Shown here: piece after piece, positions 1 through 11,500 of the stretch
Numbering within the stretch: the stretch's first letter is position 1
Layout of the letters: each line of letters opens with the position of its first letter
From: Cirrosporium novae-zelandiae
Lineage: Eukaryota
Direction: 5' to 3'
Assembly: GCA_026023565.1 (NCBI GenBank)
Contig: JAPETS010000024.1
Coordinates: 1-64,000 of the forward strand
Length of the DNA: 64,000 nucleotides
Translations under genes and position numbers: made by a program
Notes under the pieces: model-generated
Database searches by the model: none
Told to the model about the DNA's origin: nothing
Seen by the model: only the letters and a program-made list of their open reading frames with translations

Positions 1-219
1 TTGAGGGAGAAAAACGATTATTGCATGCCTACAAATGGTTTCAATAATTATATACATCAAGTTTGATTAATACAGAAACTGTTTCCTTTGTACAGCTGTT
101 TTGTCCACTGTTAGTCGATGGAGCAAACATTTTTGATCATCTTCTTTATCCTCGGCTTTCCTCCCGTTCGGCCCGAGGGCGAGTCGCACGTTTGATCCTC
201 CAATGTCGTGAGTGCACAT

Positions 220-990
220 TCAAACATGCGACTCACCCTCGGCCTTTGCTGCACACGTCCTGGCCATCCTGCAGAGCCTTGTTAAAATATTTTTGTTCCT
301 TGTAATCGGATCTTGCTTATCCGTAGCAAAATCAACACTTAGAGACCATCTTTTTGACGAGGCAGCCTTAAACGATGTTGAAGAAGCTAACAATCTCTGA
401 ATTCGCCAGTACTGCCGATCTTGAAGCTGAGGTTGTAGGTGTCCCGCTGCAGCCATAAAAATTTGTAAGGGAATTTTATTCTCGAAATCTCGAGCGTTGG
501 TATCAGCCCCATCATAGTGAGCCATCTGTATAACCACGAAAGCGGCATACCTTGCTGCCACATGCAAAGGTGTTCGGCTATTAATATCCTTGCCTTTGAA
601 TAGCTTCTTTCGGCAACTGGGTGTTAATTCTCGGCAGACGCGGAGAAAACATAGAGTTTGTTTGACCAGTTTGGGGTCGTATCGACTCGCTTTCATTACA
701 GCTAAGTAATGAAATATATTCTGCCCATATTCATTGGTGACCATATTATCCCCTCGATTCAGATTGTCTAATATATCTTGATAGTTTTTGCGTTTACAGG
801 CACAAAGCAAGGGGTGACGGCTATCCGGCTGAAACTGAAGAGGTGGAAATGATTTTTCGAAAGAATTGATGATTTGCTTGACCACAGGAGGATGTCCTTT
901 GGTGTTTTCATGGTTGGTCAATGACTTTGGTTGAGAGGCTAGCGCGTGGTTGTCAACATTGGACATAATGATTGAGATAAAAAAAACCAT
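220..990 (-). CDS. Ankyrin-repeat protein (orphan)
   Basis: 256-aa ORF with ANK-type motifs NEYGQNIFHYLA, DINSRTPLHVAARY and DTNARDFENKIPLQ. Confidence 0.7.
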   Translation of the reverse strand: MVFFISIIMSNVDNHALASQPKSLTNHENTKGHPPVVKQIINSFEKSFPPLQFQPDSRHPLLCACKRKNYQDILDNLNRGDNMVTNEYGQNIFHYLAVMKASRYDPKLVKQTLCFLRVCRELTPSCRKKLFKGKDINSRTPLHVAARYAAFVVIQMAHYDGADTNARDFENKIPLQIFMAAAGHLQPQLQDRQYWRIQRLLASSTSFKAASSKRWSLSVDFATDKQDPITRNKNILTRLCRMARTCAAKAEGESHV

Positions 991-1305
991 GAAAGAATAC
1001 CAGGTAAATGAACAAAATAGAAAGACGTTGATATATTTATGATACCTTTGAACTGGCTAGTGACCTATTTGTGAGCCATTTTCGAGGTATACTATGTGTC
1101 GCCTCCTTATAATTTCTAATACGATGAAGAAGCTACATAAGATCATATGAGTTGGTGAAGTGCTAAATTTTAGATCTCTTTCAACTCACTGCCCCAGACC
1201 CTTGAGCTATCTATAGATACCATTCGGAAGCAGACCCGCAATCCAATTTCTGTGAACAGGAAGAACAATATCATATCAAGCCAGCCATTCAACATCTAAA
1301 ATAAA

Positions 1306-1709
1306 TCAATCTAATCTTCTCTTTTCAATCTTTTCGAGTGTAGAAGCATTGGTTTTGTTATCATCTTCGAGCTCCCTATTTCTTTCAAGGGCTTGATCAA
1401 GCTTTTCTCGTATTTCGTTCCCCGTTTTCCTCAAATAAGCTTTGTACTCTATAGATTCTCTGTTAAGAGGTTATTGTTCTATAATTTTCAAAATAAGATT
1501 ATTGATACATACCGGTTTGTTCTAGATATAAGGTTTTCGATATCCTTTGGATTTTTGGCTGGGCTCCAACCACGTGCATCATTTGGAGTATAATTCGCAT
1601 CACTTTTGTCAAGTTCGATTCGATTAGAATCTCGAGGGACGATAATTGATCTTTCGGGCTTCTTCTGAGAACGGTCTCGCTCCACGTTGTCAGGGGTATT
1701 CGAGGACAT
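1306..1709 (-). CDS. Short coiled-coil protein, diverged DUF2205/SCOC-like
   Basis: Exon 1 1709-1513, GTATGT..TTAACAG intron 1512-1460, exon 2 to TGA at 1306. The ~116-aa product has RSIIVPRD..YTPNDARGWSP followed by heptad-like EIREKLDQALERNRELEDDNK; family recalled from memory. Confidence 0.55.
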
Positions 1710-1843
1710 GGAAGATATAAAGTTGTCAAATCGAAGTTTATATGGATCAAGTTAGTAAAATTAATAATGAAGGTCAGGCTAAAAGCACGGTCTATATAGA
1801 TCTATTTTCAATTATTTTTTTTCAAGATTTTTAGATCTACAGC

Positions 1844-1995
1844 CAGTGAAGGGAATAGACCAGACCAGACCGGTCTGAAGGTGATTGTTACTGCAGCAAC
1901 AGTCGTGAACGTTCTTACTGCTGGTCCGTGTCATCCCAACATGAGGTTATTTTGACTATGTCAGACCGGCCTGGTCTGGTCTATTCCCTTCACTG
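1844..1995. mobile_element. Non-autonomous hAT-type MITE
   Basis: 35-bp TIRs (1844-1878 and 1961-1995, one mismatch, beginning CAGTG), perfect 8-bp TSD TCTACAGC (1836-1843, 1996-2003), 152 bp, non-coding. Confidence 0.9.
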
Positions 1996-2446
1996 TCTAC
2001 AGCAATCAATCTCAATCCTAATAAAATCATCAAGTATACGGATGAAGCAAAACATGATATTTAAAATAGGAAGGAATTAGGGCCTGCATACATTTATGCT
2101 TGACGGAAGGAAAAAATACCATGCATATACCAAATTACGAAATTTCAGTCCAGAGCATTATAGAGCTATTGGTTTCGCTACACTACGAATTTTTTGGCAT
2201 CTTTGGAGCACAATCTAGTCAAACTACAAGCGAGGAAAAAAGCTTCAGGGATCACAAACTGCTCCTAGAATTGTTAAAGCGCTGTTGAAAATCAGGCACT
2301 AGGGAGTGATTGATTGGCTAAAGTATTCCTATCTTTGGTAAATTTCATTGGCCTAAGGAAGGTTTGAGCTAGACGCATTGACCAATGACATCCCCGAATC
2401 TGTTCCCACCCTAATTGGCACGATAGATAGACCTATTGGCTATTGG

Positions 2447-2908
2447 TTAGCGAATATAAATATACTGCATATCGAACAGCTGTTCATACTCCAGATAAAT
2501 ACTCTCAGACCAAATACGGTCAATTTCCCATCCTCTTGGCTTCAAGGTAGTTCCGTAGTAGAACCCAATCCCGAAAACATATGAGCCGTAGGGAACTTGT
2601 ACCGTAATAATAAAATCAAGTTTCTTAGTTTGTGTTGTATCGATATTTGTAGTTTTACCGAGTTTAACGGAGGGCTTGAAACATTTCTGGAACTTATTTC
2701 GAGGAGGTGTATTCTTCAAACAGACAATATAAAACTCGTACAAATTGCTTCCCTTCTGAATTGAGCACCATTGACCTTCGTCGGGGATTTTAGGACGGTC
2801 TTCTAATTTTGTGTTGATATCCGGAATCCCTGTCGAGTTTGTCGAAATTTCCCAACGTTGCCTCCATGACGAACAGTTCTCGGATTCGACTGCACTAGAG
2901 GAATTCAT
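2447..2908 (-). CDS. Hypothetical small beta-strand-rich protein
   Basis: 153-aa ATG-initiated ORF in AT-rich context; no recognised motif. Confidence 0.45.
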   Translation of the reverse strand: MNSSSAVESENCSSWRQRWEISTNSTGIPDINTKLEDRPKIPDEGQWCSIQKGSNLYEFYIVCLKNTPPRNKFQKCFKPSVKLGKTTNIDTTQTKKLDFIITVQVPYGSYVFGIGFYYGTTLKPRGWEIDRIWSESIYLEYEQLFDMQYIYIR

Positions 2909-3554
2909 ATCGTAAAATAAGAAATCTGTAATTATGTATTAAGTTGGTTCTGAAAAGTATTATGGAAGGAGGTATGATTGACCTATCAGTTGGAAACACG
3001 GAACGTAGATGTGTCTGTTTCAAAGGATGAAAGTAAGATATTTATATTAGAAGAGAGAAGCTACGACATCGATCTGCTACTACAGTAGTTGAATTATAGT
3101 CCCTCTTCAATAAAGGAACACTTGGAGTTAATGAATTTGCCGCAATTGCAAAAAGCTAGTCTGATTATTGCATTGTCGAAAATATTAGGTCCAGGCCATG
3201 GAAAGACTTGATTACAGGAGATCACATGTGAGGAGGCATCAAAGAAAGATTAACAATGGCTTGTAGGGGGATGGGAAATGTTAATCAAAATTTCGGGCAT
3301 AACATGATAATATCTAAGCTCCTCTAGATAGAAGACACAATCATGTATTCGGACTAACAATCTCGGATAGTGAAAGGAGGAAGATCATAGGAGATATCAG
3401 CTCCAAAGAAGCAAATGGAAGCCCAGCTCGGCTGTAGTTTCTGGGAGATTGAGATAGCAATTGATATCAGGGTCTGAAATTATAAAATAGTGCTACAAAA
3501 GTGAAGACATTGTTCTACTTCGATAGAATACATATTGATATAGCTCATAAACCA

Positions 3555-4054
3555 ATGATGGTATCTCTCAATCTTGGGTCTTCTGGTATGAATGGTTTTG
3601 AAAGCTTCTTTAGCATCCACTTACACTTGCAGATAAGTTCAAACGCTGTCCAAGGCGTGTGCTGTCACCCACCTTAAGACGTGCCCTGCTAGGTTTTCCA
3701 CAGCCCCAGCGCCCACTTGCCCAAATTCCTACAGGCCCCACACTATACGCAATCAACTTACCCGAGGAAATTACTGTTGGAAAGGAAGTCGAGGTCACCA
3801 TCGGTGTTTCGGGCTTTAAGGATAATGAAGATGCAGCGGACTTCTGGATTAAAATATCACCAAAGGGAAAGTCTGAGTCAAAGAAACGATGTGATAGTAT
3901 TGATCCAAACGCGAATGGAGGTCGACAGGTAACAGTATGGTTCAAACTATTGAAAGTGGGCCTTATTACCATTGAGGCAGCATTGTTCTACGGGAAGAAA
4001 ACATTGGTTTGCCAAACGATTGGTACAGTCCGTGTGTTGGAATTTAGGAACTGA
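3555..4054 (+). CDS. Hypothetical small beta-sandwich-like protein
   Basis: ATG at 3555; GTATGA..TTGCAG intron 3586-3632 joins in frame to the 3659-4054 ORF; alternating hydrophobic pattern (VEVTIGV, VTVWFKL, ITIEAALFY). Confidence 0.5.
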
Positions 4055-4276
4055 ATATGTGAATTCACAAGAATAGGTGGTCTTGTACACAGAATATCAG
4101 ATAATCGAAGAAAACACTAGAGAATAGAAAGTTTGTAGAAAACATGAACCACGAGTCTCCTTTGTGAATGGGGTCAGAGAATAAAGATGAAATTTGGGCT
4201 CTGATTTATGGACCACCGAAATACATCGGTCTCAATGTGCTCTAAGATATTTGATCTGGATTGTGGACTTTCGTTT

Positions 4277-5620
4277 TTAGACAAAACCCATGTTAGAGTC
4301 ACCAACACTTTCCAACTTAGCCAATTCCACCTCATCATCAAGTTTTTGTGATGTAGGCAATCCCTTACACCAGAAATCGAAGCCACCACGCTTCTTGGTT
4401 TTCGCCTTGAGCTTGTAAAAAGGCCAGCGAACAGCACATATACTAGCGCATATGAGGAGGATCTATAATAACGGTTTCAATATTCTATTCGGATCTCCGA
4501 TCTAGTCTCGAGCTTACCAAAAGAGATGACTGTATTCCACCATCAATTTGGCCTCCCCAGCACAGCCCTAAAAACATTCCTGATAGGCAAGCCACTAACA
4601 GAAATAGACAGGCGCTCCATCGATATACTGAAAGAGCATCATGATTTTGGGAAGAAATCTTCAAAGAAACCAGAAAATACCCAATACTAGTGGAGGTATA
4701 TGCACTGCAATCAACAAGGACCGTTATTTTGAAAGCGATCCTTGGTTGGATAAATGCAATACTATATATGGTAAATGTCATCCATGATTAAGTTGGTTCG
4801 GATGAACGTACCCGAAAGCAATAACCTCAAGAAAGACCATTAGACCCAATAATATGAAAACGGCTAACAGTTTTTTGTTGAGGGATTGGTAAGTGATATC
4901 CGAAAACATTTTAACCTATCGAATTATTAGGCTTAGTAGGTCACCAATGATGAGGGAGTTCCATACTTCATAGATTAATAGTAATGGTGCATAAAGCAGT
5001 AACAGCAAAGAGTAGCCGCGTTGAATCCTTTCATCGTCTATTCAATTAGAAGGTTATCACCATAGGAAAGGAATTGCCTTGCCATTTCCGTTTTTCCCAA
5101 GTAGTAGTTCGCTCAAGACGATCAGTCCAATAGCACCAAGAACGAGGATTATGCACAACAAGCATTCTAGCATTCGGCGTTGTTGCTGCAGTTGATGCTG
5201 CGGTTGTACAGCACCGACTAGGAGGATGAATGTGCATAAGAAGATAATGAAATGGGTGTGGCTCATGTAAGGCATGCTGTTCCAGAGCCCTCTACCAAAG
5301 GATGAGAGTGCGGTGAGCGATAAGAAAAGAAGGCAGAAAGGAGTAGGCAACGCATAGAAACCGGGCAACACGGCCAATCTAAAGAGAAATAGTGAATGGC
5401 AGCCTTGTTGTTCAAAGCCTGCATATATAGAAAAGAGAGAAGATAAACAGTCATTACAATCGACGCAATAGTCTTTTGCTAATTTGAGATCTTAACCATT
5501 CCATCCTAGTTGGTCTTGAGCATTCCCAGGTAGAGGATTGTTCGAAATGGACTCTTACCTCCTTCATTTGGGTTGCTAAAGTTAGAGTCAAGGATCTGAT
5601 CTCAAGAGGCACGTTCTAGC
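4277..5620 (-). CDS. Multi-exon polytopic (about 7 TM) membrane protein; 5' end uncertain
   Basis: Successive phase-compatible introns (GC-AG 5082-5038, GTATGG.., GTACGT.., GTAAGC..) join hydrophobic exons into one frame ending ..GDSNMGFV* at 4277. Confidence 0.55.
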
Positions 5621-6180
5621 TATTGATATGAGAATCTTGTTTCGACGCAAAGTCCTTCCGCAAGGTATTGGCTTGTTCGAAATAACCTATTGACCTGCAA
5701 CTATTAGTTGACCAGGCTGCCCTAGGCCAGGGATACTACTGCCCCTACTCTGTCTGGCCGAAGCGACACGGTTGCTGGTGCTGCAGCAACAGCTAGATCA
5801 TTGAACTGGTTTGAACTGGTGCATGGAGCCTGAAAAAGAGGAAAGGAAGCAAATAATCATTGCAATCTGGTACAAAAGGCCTTGGCAAAAATTAAGATCT
5901 CGATTAGAGTGATGGCATTGTTGTAGTTGGTCGTGGCGTGTCGAGAACGCTATCAAATGCTTTCAGGTGGAGTATCATTTTCAGACCCAAGTGAATGCGG
6001 AAACAGGGATCTAGTCTCAGTTATAGAAGGAAGTAACCCGTTTTATGCTAGCGCGCGGAACACGGGCTAGAATTTGGAGGGCCACTCGAGTGGCCCTCCA
6101 AATTCGGTTCTAGCCTTTCTCCAGCTCTTTGGCAAGTTATACAATCATTCACTTGGATTCATACCATCGAATACCTCTTC

Positions 6181-8383
6181 ATGTACAGCAGAATGGTCAG
6201 GGAGCGACACTATGAATTTTCAGGCAGCGATGCCGAGTATATACTCTTCCTTGAAAGCAAACTTAAAGAAATACATAGTTTTCTTCACCTACGAGGAATA
6301 TCGCAAAACGATCTTTTTCTGACGCCAACTCCCCCACTTTCCCTGCTTCCACAAACCGCACTTCACCAGCCTTTACGACGAGATGGACCTCTTATGTCTT
6401 CATCGGACCAACTTAGTCCATGTCCTTTACCACCTTCTGCCTACTCAAGAATCGAACATAATGAGGCTCAGAGTCAGCTACAATTGGTTGTTTGTGACCC
6501 TTCTGATACTGTGTGTCCACATAACAATGAAAAACCTCGCTGGAAGCAGGATATAGATAAACTTTTGGCTGAAATTCCAGATATGAGCGACTGGATTTCA
6601 AGGAGAAAAGAGATGATGCTTGTTTCTGCCAAGGACAACCGGAACGCCATAAATTTCCTGCTCAAGAAATCCATGCCTTTAATAGATATGTCTGGCCTTC
6701 TCAATGATCAATCGAAGGAAACGCCCAAAGACCCATCAAAGGAAATTTATATGCTTGAAATCGCAAACAGCTATGCTTCTTTCACTAGGAACACACTGGC
6801 GCAAGGAAAGCTCATCACAAGGCTAGGGCTCTTCCAGGCACTCATCTTCGTATCCCTGTGTGCAGTACTGGCAAAAATTGGGATCTCATCAAAAGCCGTT
6901 CACTCTGTGATGCGGGTCTGCATCACTAATTCTGAAGACAAGTATTTACGTCGTCTTCGTCGAGGGAGTATTTGGGTGAATCGATGTATTTCGGAGTTAT
7001 CCAAAACATACTGGAGTGATAGGAGCTCAGAGATATTCCTCATTTGTAAGTCTAGGTCTTTTCTCGTTCTAGCTACATTTGAATATTTCCACTAAGACAT
7101 TCAGGCGGCCAATCACTCAGCTATTATGGGCGATATGCCGATGCTTCCGAGAGTCTTTCATATTTTACAGACCGTCTGAAAAACCGAAAATACGCAAATC
7201 CAGTATCAGAGCTATCTGGATGGATACCATTCTCTATTCCTTGTATCATAAAATCTCTGATTGGTGATTCAATAATGTATAGTATTCTGACAAATAACTA
7301 GCCCAGGTCTTGGTATTTTCTGACAATCTCCAGGTTGTCACAGATATGTGATATTCTTCATTATGATCTCCAGTCCACCTCGAAATGTTATGAAGCCTTT
7401 TGTAACATCTCATCGCATCTTGGATCTCTCGGGAAGCACTCGTTAGATATTTCTTTAATAGAACAACAATTTCACAAGCGTACTTGTCCGAATCCAAAAA
7501 CGTCATCTTCCGAAAACACCGATGTACTCGAAAAAGGTCAACATCCACCACCTTCTCCCTCACAATTTAGTTCTACTGGATCTGATGGGCAACTGGATGA
7601 TTCAAACAATATTTACCTATCTTCATCTGATAAGGAGCAATGGGGCCCAGCCTTTGTCCAACGGCCACTGCCTTCCGATAACAGGCAAGAAATCCTTCAG
7701 AATAGCAACAATTACCAATTTACAGAGTCTGGAGCCGAATACAGGGGTGACAATAACGATTCTGTATCTGCAAATGTCCCTTGCAGTGATTCACATACTT
7801 CGGGGCCAATAGCCTTGCTAGTAGCTGCCGAAATGATGTTAGGTTGCGATAATACGCAAAGCGCTGGTACACAATTATGTAATGTTGGGAGCCGTCTCGA
7901 TCATCAAGTTAGCCCACTTTCACGAAGAGTGAATACGTCTGATATAGATAACTTAATCAATCCGAGGTATCTAGAAAACTTAGAGGGAACGGTTTCTAGT
8001 TCAAATGGGGAAAATTTTTCAATTCAGGGCCAAACATTGCATGAAACCCTGAACAGAGCAGCCCAATCTACTGCAGAATGTAAGTTAAGAAATTTAAAGC
8101 TAAAGTACGTCTAGATAAATATCATTGACAACAAATAGGTAATAACAGTTATACAATCAGAACAAACGATTTCACATCAAACGGGATCGATCATTTTCTA
8201 CCTCCACTAAATATTGATGAAGTGGAACTCCTGCCACCACTGGATGTTGATAAAGCGGAACTTCTACCACCTCTAGATATTGATGAAGCGGGACTTCCAC
8301 CACTTCTAGGTGTTGATGATGCGGAATTCCTCCCACCTCTAGACACCGACGAAACGGAACCTCCTACTACTGTTGGATATTGA
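6181..8383 (+). CDS. Large fungal orphan protein with C-terminal acidic repeat
   Basis: ORFs 6181-7095 and 7335-8114 joined by canonical introns (GTAAGT ~7046, GTATAG ~7277, GTAAGT 8080-8138); motifs YEFSGSDAEYILFLE, FQALIFVSLCAVL, LRRGSIWVNRCI, PFSIPCIIKSLIG. Confidence 0.7.
8195..8359 (+). repeat. Coding tandem repeat, 5 x 33 bp (xLPPLDxDExE)
   Basis: FLPPLNIDEVE LLPPLDVDKAE LLPPLDIDEAG LPPLLGVDDAE FLPPLDTDETE. Confidence 0.85.
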
Positions 8384-8393
8384 TAATTTAGAA

Positions 8394-8941
8394 CTATGGT
8401 GTTGCCTTGGTAGTTGGTGAAAGACTAGTTATTCCAAGGCTATCGTTACCCCTCAGCTTGACTGTAGCGAGATCCCCCCCTGAAAGAGTGAGGAAGTCCA
8501 ATCCAGGGCTAATGTAACTAAGCTCTGTGATGGTGATAGAGTATCCAACTTCTAAAGGGACCTTTTTAATATTTTGGCCTTTTTCTCCAATATCGGGAAC
8601 TTTTATTCCATGAAGTCGAAGGGGATATAGAAATAGACAGCCACCGGAAGCAAATAACGTAGGATACTTAGGTCCTGACGCTCGGAAGAGACGTTGACGG
8701 GTCGATGAAACTCCCTGTAATACATCGTTAGTTGCAGATCTAGCATCGTAATGTCTACACTTACCAAAGCCTCAAGGAGAGGTTTAAGCTTTTGATTTTT
8801 TTCTTCCTCGTCACCATACTCATAAAAGCCACCTTCTTTATGAACAAATTTTGTATTATTGGTAAGCCATTCCTCCAGATCTTGTATCGCTATAACGGCG
8901 GGGGGTGACAACTTTGTTCGCTGGAGGTGATCCGACTCCAT
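8394..8941 (-). CDS. Hypothetical protein (~165 aa, two exons)
   Basis: GTAAGT..ACTAAC..TACAG intron 8764-8715 opens a 107-codon second exon ending TAG at 8394. Confidence 0.6.
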
Positions 8942-9527
8942 GATGTCAGTTATGTCGCGGTAGAGGGGTTAAAATCTATGCTTGTAGAACATGGGTCAAC
9001 ACTCGCACTAAAGTGTTCACAAAGAAAAGCCGTTACCCACCCTTTATTATTTTCTTTCTTATGATTTCACTAGATCCAGTCTCTCCCAAATAAAGTTTCT
9101 GGTCCCTTTATCGCCTTTGTGCCCTAAGATCAGCTGCGGGGAGCAGAGGCCAGAAGAAAAAAAAGTTGTGAGGATAAGCATCTTTTAGAAAGTGGGCTGG
9201 AGGGGCAACCAGAATCAAAGCCGAGCACGTGATTGTTGAAATTTGTTTTCTAGGGGTTTACAGAAAATTCCGTACATAACGACACATAAGAAAGTATCGT
9301 CAACTCCTGATCGTTCATTTTTTTCCCCAGTGAACTTACGGGGTAATCATATCTCAGCTTTCTTTATTTTCTATTCTCCAGCTTTACACCATCTCAACTC
9401 ACTGTAACCAATATTTTTACCACCGGTCAAAGTAGCATTTACTTCAATCTTCGTGGAAGAATTAATTGTATCAGTCGCTTATACACATCATATAACACTC
9501 ATTCTCAAAACGGTTGTATCTATCCTC

Positions 9528-9779
9528 TTATACCAACCTCCTTTTTTTGTTCTTTCTGATTTCCTCTTCCCCCGTTGTATTCATTCCTTTCTCTCTTTGC
9601 CCACCACCAGATACCACCTTCTCCATGAGTTTACCGATGACCATACTCTGCTGCGGCGTCACTTCATCCCGATGATGTTGAAAGAACGCTATTAGTGTGT
9701 TGAAGGCTTGAAGCGTCTCATCTCTAGTTGGTGAAAGTGTACCCGGATTAATAACATCGCCCTTTATTATAGCATCCAT
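9528..9779 (-). CDS. 83-aa protein resembling the C-terminal helical domain of fungal CENP-B-like proteins, with basic NLS
   Basis: PTRDETLQAFNTLIAFFQHH..VTPQQSMVIGKLMEKV followed by RKNKKRRLV; similarity recalled, not computed. Confidence 0.5.
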   Translation of the reverse strand: MDAIIKGDVINPGTLSPTRDETLQAFNTLIAFFQHHRDEVTPQQSMVIGKLMEKVVSGGGQREKGMNTTGEEEIRKNKKRRLV

Positions 9780-10684
9780 AATAATTTATCCTTATATAGT
9801 AAGGTTAGATAGCGGATGACTGCCAAGCGCAGTAGCAAGTTTCAACCAGGGCATCTTGACCGAGAATATTGAGGAGTTTGGAGCCTGCCTATGCTCATTG
9901 AAGGATGAGCAGATGAAAGGATAAATTGGTCACAAGTACCCCGTTGTGACATTCATCTTCTAACTCAACTTATTTATATAATGTAGGTAATAGGTGGATA
10001 GGAAAGCCAACACTACAACTAGTTGCCATCTACTGATATAGTCGCTATACTATGGCGATAGAATGCACTTGTCGCCGTCACTAGTCCGGGGATGTTTCCC
10101 TATATGCTGTGATAAGTTTTAGTAATAGAGGGTTCAAAAGAAAAAATATATGAGAATAAGCTTGTTTTGAAGATGGGTTAGAAGGGCAGCTAAAGTGGCA
10201 GCCGAGAACGTGATTCTACGCTGCTCGACGAATACTGTATCGCTGAATACAGACCTTGTCATTCTTTCGCATCTACCATAACCACTCCCGCTTGGCGTAC
10301 TTGTCGAGGAGGCTTCAACTGCGAGGGTGGTAGACTAAGAGAATGATGCATTTGTCCATACTTGATGCATATAAAAGATTTCCGGGAAAGGCTTCCTATC
10401 TAGCTTGCCACGTTGCTAGAGTGTACAGCCAAAGTCCTTTAGAAATCCAATACAACGAAGCTGGTTAGAATTTATTTCAACTTGGGGTGTTGTCAATATC
10501 CACAGTCAACTCTTGACTGCTTTGCAATATCTTTATTGCTTTCCGTGAGCCCTAAGCTCGAGTTCTCTCCTCCGTAACAATCCACTCACAGCGACTAGAA
10601 ATATCAGGTTTATGCCCTATCTTTGGAACAGGCTTGCTATACTTTTGTCGACTCGCTCAGCATTGGAAAGCTGCCATTTGAATC

Positions 10685-11074
10685 ATGCCAAATCTATATG
10701 TTGCAATGTATCAACCGACAGAAGGCAACTACGAGCACTGGGCTTTGTATCTGGAAAACGGCCCGGAACATACTATTTATGAAATAGTCGGCGAGTGGCC
10801 TTCATTCCGCCCCAATGTAAAACTCGCCCGGCCGTCCAATACCAATCGTCACAAACGAAGCATCTTGGTTTATTCAATTGGTTTAAGTGACATTGTGGCT
10901 TTTCAGGGTGCCGTCGCTTCCGTGCGGCTAGACAACTTAGCATCTGAATGGAATTGCCAGGATTATGTGATTGAATGCCTTGATAAGTTGGAGGAGGGAT
11001 GTATTATCGATGGCAATGATGAAGAATACATCAAGGCCAAGGAGCAAGTCAAAGAATATTTCGGGCCGCTTTGA
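10685..11074 (+). CDS. Permuted papain-fold-like protein (DUF6540-like)
   Basis: 129-aa ORF with HWALY and WNCQDYV motifs. Confidence 0.75.
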   Translation: MPNLYVAMYQPTEGNYEHWALYLENGPEHTIYEIVGEWPSFRPNVKLARPSNTNRHKRSILVYSIGLSDIVAFQGAVASVRLDNLASEWNCQDYVIECLDKLEEGCIIDGNDEEYIKAKEQVKEYFGPL

Positions 11075-11500
11075 TTCCGGCGGGTCTGAACAGTGTATGT
11101 TTTCACGTAAAGATTCTTCGGTACTCTCGTTAACGTTCTAGGGTATAGTGAACGAATAGTGCAAAGTTAGTCTCTATGGAGACCGAATATGATGTGGTGC
11201 ATTCTCAATTCTGGTCAATTCAATTCTACTTGACTGCTTCTATACATCTTTCACACTTGCGCTATTTCTTCGAAGTCTAATTTTCGATTGGAGGAGCATT
11301 CTTGAATTAACAGAGGAAGTCTATCGCTATGTATGGTATTCACTCTTTTAGGCCACACAGCAAACCAATTGATTTATTGAAGCAAGAAAACTGTTGGGTA
11401 CGGTATATCAAACAGTCTGGAAATAGCGTCTGCTGTGTTCCGTGATAGTATTATTCGTTATTAAAAGATTCTGCTGATAGTTGTAATGTGAAATCCCAGC

